Made by a program: the position numbers and the translations under genes
Shown here: piece by piece, positions 26,860 through 31,855 of the stretch
Position numbering within the stretch: the first letter of the stretch is position 1
Layout: each line of letters starts with the position of its first letter
The notes under the pieces: generated by a model
What the model saw: the letters and a program-made list of their open reading frames with translations, nothing else
Database searches by the model: none
Told to the model about the DNA's origin: nothing
Assembly (NCBI GenBank): GCA_033763455.1
Contig: JANRKO010000021.1
Span: forward strand, 1 to 31,855
DNA length: 31,855 nt
Direction of reading: 5' to 3'
Origin: Polyangiaceae bacterium
Lineage (GTDB): Bacteria > Myxococcota_A > Polyangia > Polyangiales > Polyangiaceae

Positions 26860-27152
26860 GGTCCCTCGGGGACGAACACACGATTGCAGGCAACCCCATC
26901 CTCCTCTCTGGTGGCAAATCGCTCGGCTGGAACACTGGGAGCTACTTGCCTGACAACGGCCGGCGCTGGCGCAAATCCGTCATTCGACGGCAAATAACCG
27001 CGCCTGGTCGTCTGGGCATGATCCAGTAAAGTGGGAATAACGGCGCGGCACCACACCGCGTTCAAAGGCGGTTTGCCATTTCCAGCATGCGTGCGCCGGC
27101 GCAGGTAGTCGAAGGGTCTCCTTTTGTGGAGAGCCCATGGAGTTCATAAGTC

Positions 27153-28889
27153 ATGAGTCTCAACAGGTCCCGACTTCGAGCCGTTCCGCTTGCGTTCTCA
27201 GCCGCAGCCTACTGCGTTACCGGCTGCACGACTGAGGGGGGAGGCCGCGACGGTAGAGGAAGTGAGCCCGCAAACCAGGCTTCAGGCAACGCGAATGGCA
27301 ACCCCAACACCGTCCCGGGTGCAGGTGGCACCGGCGGCTCTACCGGCGGCAATGGCAACACCGGCGGCAGTCCTGTGTCCCTCCCACCGAGCGGGCCATT
27401 GGGTCCAATTGCGGTGCGGAGGCTAAGCACACCCGAGTACCAGAGGTCTGTGGAAGCCCTTCCCAATCTGAATGCGGGTGCTTCGGTCACCAGCGGGTTC
27501 CTGAGCGATGACGAAGTCCTCGGCTACCATAACATGACCTCGGCCTTGCGCGTCCCTCTGGCCGTGGCAGAGCAATACGCTGTCGCTGCCAAGCAGCTTG
27601 GTCAGAAGGCCATGGCCGAAGCGCAAACACTTGCCCCCTGCAGTGGCGCCAGCGACGCCCAATGTGGTGAAGCCTTCATTCGTTCTTTCGGGCAAAGCGC
27701 CTATCGGCGCCCCCTGGCAGAAAGCGAAGTGGCTTCGTATGTCCAATTATTTAGTGCAGAGGTGACCCGCACCTCCTACGCAGGCGGCATTGGTCTCGTA
27801 GTAGAGACCATGCTGCAGTCTCCATATTTCTTGTACAAGACCGAGGTAGGTGCTGGCACCGGCCCGAGCCGCGAACTTACGCCCCACGAAATCGCCTCTC
27901 AAATTTCCTACGCCATCGCAGGCGAGCCACCGGATGAGCAACTTTACGCGGCGGCAGCGTCCGGGAGCCTTGCCACCACGGCGGGGCGTGTAGCTGAAGC
28001 TAGGCGTTTCTTGGCACGCCCCAATTCCACCGCTTGGATACGGGGGTTCGTGCTCGATTGGCTGGGGATCTCAAACGCTGCAAAAGCGGTAAAGGACGGA
28101 GCATTGTTTCCATCGTTCTCCACTGGCCTTCAGGCCTCGATGGTCGAAGAATCGCATCGCTTCGTGGATACTCTTCTCACCGAGCACAATGGCTCGTTGA
28201 GCACCCTCTTCACGGCAAACTGGTCGCCGCTGGACAGTGTCATGGCCAGCCACTACGGCGTGCCCGCACCGGGTTCGGCTTGGACGAGCGTCACCATGCC
28301 GCCTGCGCGGCTCGGCATCTTATCCCAGGCTGCTTTCCTTTCCGCGCATTCCAAACCTGATAGTTCGTACCCTATCGGTCGCGGGAAAACGCTAAGAATG
28401 CGGGTGCTCTGTGCACCGATGGCGCCGCCGCCGCCCAATATCCCGCCGTTCAATCCTCCCCCAGAAGCGACCACGACTCGCGAGAAACTCGCAGCACACT
28501 CGACCAACCCAACCTGCAACTCCTGCCACAGGCTGATCGATCCGCTCGGCCTTGGATTCGAGAATTTCGATGCGGTTGGCGCCTATCGTGACTCGGAAAA
28601 CGGGAGCCCCGTCGACACACAGGGCGCTATCGTCGACGTGGCGCCCGAGGTCGACGGGCCCTTCGCTACCCCCGCAGAATTCATCAACCGCGTGGCTCAA
28701 AGCCAGGTGCTCCGTTCCTGCATCTCACGGGAAATGCTGAGGTGGAGCTTGGGCAGGGAAGAGACGGCGGCCGACGGCGCGCTGATCTCCGCAATGGGCA
28801 ATCAGCTCATGGCTGCAAACTTGGATATTCGAGAACTAATCGTGGGGCTGGTGCAAGCGGAATCCTACCCCTTCCGTTCGGACATGTGA
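27153..28889 (+). CDS. DUF1592/DUF1588-type (PSD/PSCyt3) probable lipoprotein with one CxxCH motif
   Basis: Lipobox-like VTGC, Gly-rich linker, RRLS..EY, AYRRPL, LQSPYFLYK.E, EIASQISY...PPDEQL, RLGIL, PIGRG...R..LC...PPPP, TTRE...H...CNSCH..IDPLG.GFENFDAVG.YR. Confidence 0.9.
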   Translation: MSLNRSRLRAVPLAFSAAAYCVTGCTTEGGGRDGRGSEPANQASGNANGNPNTVPGAGGTGGSTGGNGNTGGSPVSLPPSGPLGPIAVRRLSTPEYQRSVEALPNLNAGASVTSGFLSDDEVLGYHNMTSALRVPLAVAEQYAVAAKQLGQKAMAEAQTLAPCSGASDAQCGEAFIRSFGQSAYRRPLAESEVASYVQLFSAEVTRTSYAGGIGLVVETMLQSPYFLYKTEVGAGTGPSRELTPHEIASQISYAIAGEPPDEQLYAAAASGSLATTAGRVAEARRFLARPNSTAWIRGFVLDWLGISNAAKAVKDGALFPSFSTGLQASMVEESHRFVDTLLTEHNGSLSTLFTANWSPLDSVMASHYGVPAPGSAWTSVTMPPARLGILSQAAFLSAHSKPDSSYPIGRGKTLRMRVLCAPMAPPPPNIPPFNPPPEATTTREKLAAHSTNPTCNSCHRLIDPLGLGFENFDAVGAYRDSENGSPVDTQGAIVDVAPEVDGPFATPAEFINRVAQSQVLRSCISREMLRWSLGREETAADGALISAMGNQLMAANLDIRELIVGLVQAESYPFRSDM

Positions 28890-28920
28890 TCGGGCTCGCG
28901 CTCGAAAGGAACAGTTTCAG

Positions 28921-30315
28921 ATGATTTCTCGACACATTTTGAAGCGCAGAGAACTTTTGATGGGACTCGGCAGCGCGGGCTTTTTGGCAGCGCCGATCTT
29001 CCGCGACAGCTTGCTGGAAGCTCAGCAGCAAACCCAACCAATTCGGTTCGTGGTTTTGCACGTGGCCGGCGGCATCTACTTCCCCTCCCAAGGTGAGGGC
29101 GTCGGTGGGTGGACGTTTGACAAGGTTCTTCGCTCATTGCAGCCCCTTCAGTCCGAGTGCATTCGTTACTTGGGTTTCAACAACCTGGCAGGCCAGAACG
29201 CCGGCAGCATGAGCAACGAGCAGCACGGCGCAGCGATGCGGACCGTTTTGACAGGCGACTCCACTGTTTGGAAAGACGGCCTCGCTCAGTGGTCGCCCAC
29301 TAATAGCATCGACCAGCAGATTGCCGATCGCATTAGCGTGGGCTTAAAGTTCCCCTCGCTACAGTTCGGCGTTCTGCCCATCAACGCCGTTATTGACCAG
29401 CGTCGGATAGCGATTCGAAACCAAAGTGCATTGCCACCCGTAGAAGAACCAGCGACGATGTTTGCGCGCTTGTTTGGTGACGCAGTTCCAGTGCCCACTC
29501 CTGTTCCCACGTCTACGGGAACAGGCACCGCGCCCTCAATTCCACCGCCGGTACCCACCACCTCGGACAGCAGTCGCCAGAAGAGCATGCTGGATCACCT
29601 ACTCGCCGAGGTCGCTACACTCAAGTCAGTTGCTGGAACGCGCGAACAGCAGAAGCTAGAGGAGCACCTGGAGTCGCTTCGGCAACTGGAGATGCGAATT
29701 CAGTCCAACCCTTCCGCAGGAACAGGCGGTTCTCAAGGTGGAGATCCTCCAGTGGTCATTCCGCCGCAAGTGGGCACCGGCTGCGCAGCGCCATCGCTGG
29801 TATCTGGCAATGACATTCCCGCAATTACGGCGAACCAGCTCGACCTGCTCTATCAGTCGCTAGTCTGCGATATGACTCGAGTCGCAAGCGTGCAGTTCTT
29901 GTGTTCGGCTCAGGTGGGCGTGAGCTTCCCCCATGTTGGCGTAAGTGATGCACACCATACCTTGGAGCACAACTTCAACCCGGACCTCGACAAGGTGGGG
30001 ACTTGGTTCGTCGACCAGATCGCAGCCTTCGCCGCTCGACTGAAAGCTACACCCGAAGGCAACAGCAACATGCTCGACAACAGCCTGCTTGTGATTTGCT
30101 CCGAATTCGGCAACGGTGGCGACCACAATCACTCTTTCATACCATTCGTCACGGTGGGCCGAGCAGGTGGCAAAGTCAGACCGGGTCGGGACATCGTGGA
30201 GGAAGAGGCGGCGCACAACCTACTGCTCCGCGGGCTCATGCAGCCATTCGGAATCAACTCGCCGAGCATTGGCGATGCCGACAAGAATAGCGGCACGGTA
30301 CCGTCGCTCGCGTAG
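28921..30315 (+). CDS. DUF1552 (HXXSHH) family protein with Tat-type signal
   Basis: KRRELLMGLG, SIDQQIA, P...F.RLFG, KSMLD, KLEEHLES.RQLE.RI, CDMTRVAS, HHTLEH, MLDNSL....SEFG...H, GRAGG. Directly follows the DUF1592 gene, the usual arrangement. Confidence 0.9.
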   Translation: MISRHILKRRELLMGLGSAGFLAAPIFRDSLLEAQQQTQPIRFVVLHVAGGIYFPSQGEGVGGWTFDKVLRSLQPLQSECIRYLGFNNLAGQNAGSMSNEQHGAAMRTVLTGDSTVWKDGLAQWSPTNSIDQQIADRISVGLKFPSLQFGVLPINAVIDQRRIAIRNQSALPPVEEPATMFARLFGDAVPVPTPVPTSTGTGTAPSIPPPVPTTSDSSRQKSMLDHLLAEVATLKSVAGTREQQKLEEHLESLRQLEMRIQSNPSAGTGGSQGGDPPVVIPPQVGTGCAAPSLVSGNDIPAITANQLDLLYQSLVCDMTRVASVQFLCSAQVGVSFPHVGVSDAHHTLEHNFNPDLDKVGTWFVDQIAAFAARLKATPEGNSNMLDNSLLVICSEFGNGGDHNHSFIPFVTVGRAGGKVRPGRDIVEEEAAHNLLLRGLMQPFGINSPSIGDADKNSGTVPSLA

Positions 30316-30337
30316 CGCTTAGGCTCTGAGTGCGGCA

Positions 30338-30369
30338 GGGGGCAGTGACGATAATGCGTCGCTGGCCCT
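30338..30369. terminator. Hairpin between convergent DUF1552 and regulator genes, possible terminator
   Basis: CAGTGACG-ATAATG-CGTCGCTG stem-loop with GGG/CCC extension; no strong U-tract. Confidence 0.35.
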
Positions 30370-30446
30370 AAGGTACGAGTGCTCTCCAACCTAAACCGGT
30401 GCGGATGACGCAGCAACGAGTCGGGACGATCCCCCTTGGCCAGTAG

Positions 30447-31592
30447 TCAATCGTTTCTCCTGCCCGGTAGGGCGAGCCTGCGAAACTCGGTCGGTGTCAT
30501 GCCAGTCGTCTTGCGAAAGTTGGCAGCGAGCGTGCGACTATCGGTGAACCCCGTCCGAGCTGCAATCTCGCGCACCTGGAGCTCGGGACTCATGAGCAAC
30601 CGTTGCACTTCTTCGACTCGCAGCCGCGCCCATGCTTGAGCAGGGGATACGCCCAAGCAAGCGATGAAGCGTCGTTCCAAGCTTCTCCGCGAGCACAGGA
30701 GCTTGTCGCAAAGCAACTCGATACTCAGGCTCTGAGACAGGTTCTCGCGCATGATAGTAAGGGATTGGCAAACCAATCGGTCATCGGCCACCCCCGTGTC
30801 GGTTGAGCGCCGCGGGACTACACGTATGGGCGGCACAATCACCACTTCGGGTTGCTGGCTCGGACCCGCGATTTGCCGTTCGAGCAGCGCCATCGCCTCG
30901 TAGCCGCTCCGTTCCGCAGCGACGTCGACACTGCTGAGAGGAAACTCAGAGAGCAGGCACACGGATTCGTAGTTATCTACGCCAACCACGCCGATCTCGC
31001 GGGGCACGTCGAGGCCGAGCTGCGCACAAATCTGTAGCACGCCGAAGGCGTGTGTGTCTTGAGCGCAAAACACGCCGACAGGCTTTGGCAGGTTCTTTAG
31101 CCAATCAGTCAGGGCGGCTTTGTAGTCGGCATCGCCAACAACCAACGACGCTGCGGGTCGGTCGAAAAGGTCAAAATTCCAGCCTTGCCTCCGCACGAGT
31201 TCTCCGAAAGCCAGCAAGCGTGAATCGGGGTGGCCCCCTCGCGTGACGGTAGCTGCAAAATTCCGATAGCCACGCGACATGAGGTGCTCGAAAGCCATGC
31301 GAGCGATTGCCTGTTCGTCGTTCTGAACCTGGTGCAGTCGACGAGTGTTGAGCGGCGCGCCCCCACAGACAACGGGCAACGAGCTATTCTCCAAGACGCA
31401 TAGGATGTCGAGATCGCTTGCGAGGGCAATGATTCCATCCGCTTTCGATTCGACAACACGAAGCATGCTCTCCCGCGACGGCGCAAGGCGATCGAAATGG
31501 ATCCTGCCGGCAGGTTGAGCATAGGCCGCGACGCCTCGCAAGAATCGGTCGGCGTATCCCGCTTGAGAGCTGACAGCGAGAATGATGTGCAT
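30447..31592 (-). CDS. XylR-type transcriptional regulator (LacI-like sugar-binding domain plus AraC HTH)
   Basis: LRGVAAYA, DGII, A.EHL..RGYRNF, WLKNLPKPVGVF...D, VP.EIGVVGVDN, LSSVD, R.STD, SRRSLERRF, IAARTGF, F.K.TGMTP.EFR. Confidence 0.92.
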   Translation of the reverse strand: MHIILAVSSQAGYADRFLRGVAAYAQPAGRIHFDRLAPSRESMLRVVESKADGIIALASDLDILCVLENSSLPVVCGGAPLNTRRLHQVQNDEQAIARMAFEHLMSRGYRNFAATVTRGGHPDSRLLAFGELVRRQGWNFDLFDRPAASLVVGDADYKAALTDWLKNLPKPVGVFCAQDTHAFGVLQICAQLGLDVPREIGVVGVDNYESVCLLSEFPLSSVDVAAERSGYEAMALLERQIAGPSQQPEVVIVPPIRVVPRRSTDTGVADDRLVCQSLTIMRENLSQSLSIELLCDKLLCSRRSLERRFIACLGVSPAQAWARLRVEEVQRLLMSPELQVREIAARTGFTDSRTLAANFRKTTGMTPTEFRRLALPGRRND

Positions 31593-31743
31593 CTTTTTAG
31601 CGCCACGGATCTCGGATACCGTGGTGGTTTCGGTGCCCAGTGTAGTATGTCGCGAGCCTTGGCAAAAGTAGGGTCACCGAGCGGGCCCGCTTTGCGTGGT
31701 TGTTAGAGTGGGCGCGTGATGGCGCACCCGAAGTACGCGCGCT

Positions 31744-31854
31744 TCACGGGGGCATCGGCACCGCGACGCCCGGGACGCCTACCGGTACCGCGTACACCTT
31801 GCCCGGCTCGCCGGTAACGTAGAGCGTCGCTGAATCGAACCCCGGCCCCTTGCC
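31744..31854 (-). CDS. 3' end of a probable SMP-30/gluconolactonase-like beta-propeller protein (partial)
   Basis: Manual translation GKGPGFDSATLYVTGEPGKVYAVPVGVPGVAVPMPP* resembles the last blade and V.G tail of SMP-30/LRE proteins. Only 36 aa are visible. Confidence 0.55.
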   Translation of the reverse strand, partial: GKGPGFDSATLYVTGEPGKVYAVPVGVPGVAVPMPP

Positions 31855-31855
31855 A

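Noticed and set aside
26967..27010. GCAAAT-CCGTC-ATTC-GACGG-CAAA resembling a c-di-GMP-I/GEMM riboswitch P2 region
   Set aside because: It lacks the GNRA (GAAA) loop and the downstream GACGCAAAGC-type consensus; only a 5-bp hairpin is present. An Infernal search would settle it.
26749..27065. Short ORFs in the intergenic region (26749-26997, 26768-26953, 26724-27065)
   Set aside because: No convincing RBS or protein-like features, mutually overlapping, and the region looks regulatory.
27114..27136. GGGTCTCC/GGAGAGCCC hairpin before the DUF1592 start as a riboswitch expression platform
   Set aside because: The likely SD (GGAG 27139-27142) lies outside the stem and no aptamer is recognisable.
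1..31855. CRISPR arrays, tRNA/rRNA genes, IS transposases, prophage genes
   Set aside because: None recognised. The window is densely coding and the only repeats seen are short two-copy duplications.

Overview
Bacterial chromosomal segment of roughly 60% GC (estimated by eye). The gene content (MYXO-CTERM-type protein, HEAT-containing che operon, DUF1592/DUF1552 pair, Pro-rich hypotheticals) points to Myxococcota, probably Polyangiales; this is inference. The most notable feature is absent from the ORF track: bases 1-245 are the 3' end of a group II intron. They contain the maturase C-terminus (WLNRRSQ), a canonical domain V and a domain VI with bulged A239. The predicted 3' splice site falls inside the fumC start codon (intron ...GAT | G exon), and the intron ORF reads through DV/DVI to stop at a TGA overlapping that ATG (TGATG). 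Downstream, in order: fumC; a Uma2-family protein; a DeoR regulator plus bifunctional rhamnulose-1-P aldolase/dehydrogenase; a tightly coupled receptor-less chemosensory operon (cheY-cheA-cheW-cheW-HEAT-cheR-cheB) with a candidate sigma54 promoter; an FMO and an ALDH; hypotheticals including a pilin-like protein; hslR; an MDR oxidoreductase; a 33-Cys MYXO-CTERM-type surface protein; fadIJ; a membrane protein; a DUF1592/DUF1552 pair; a XylR-type regulator; and the 3' end of a probable SMP-30/gluconolactonase gene. All family calls come from recognising motifs by eye; no searches were run.
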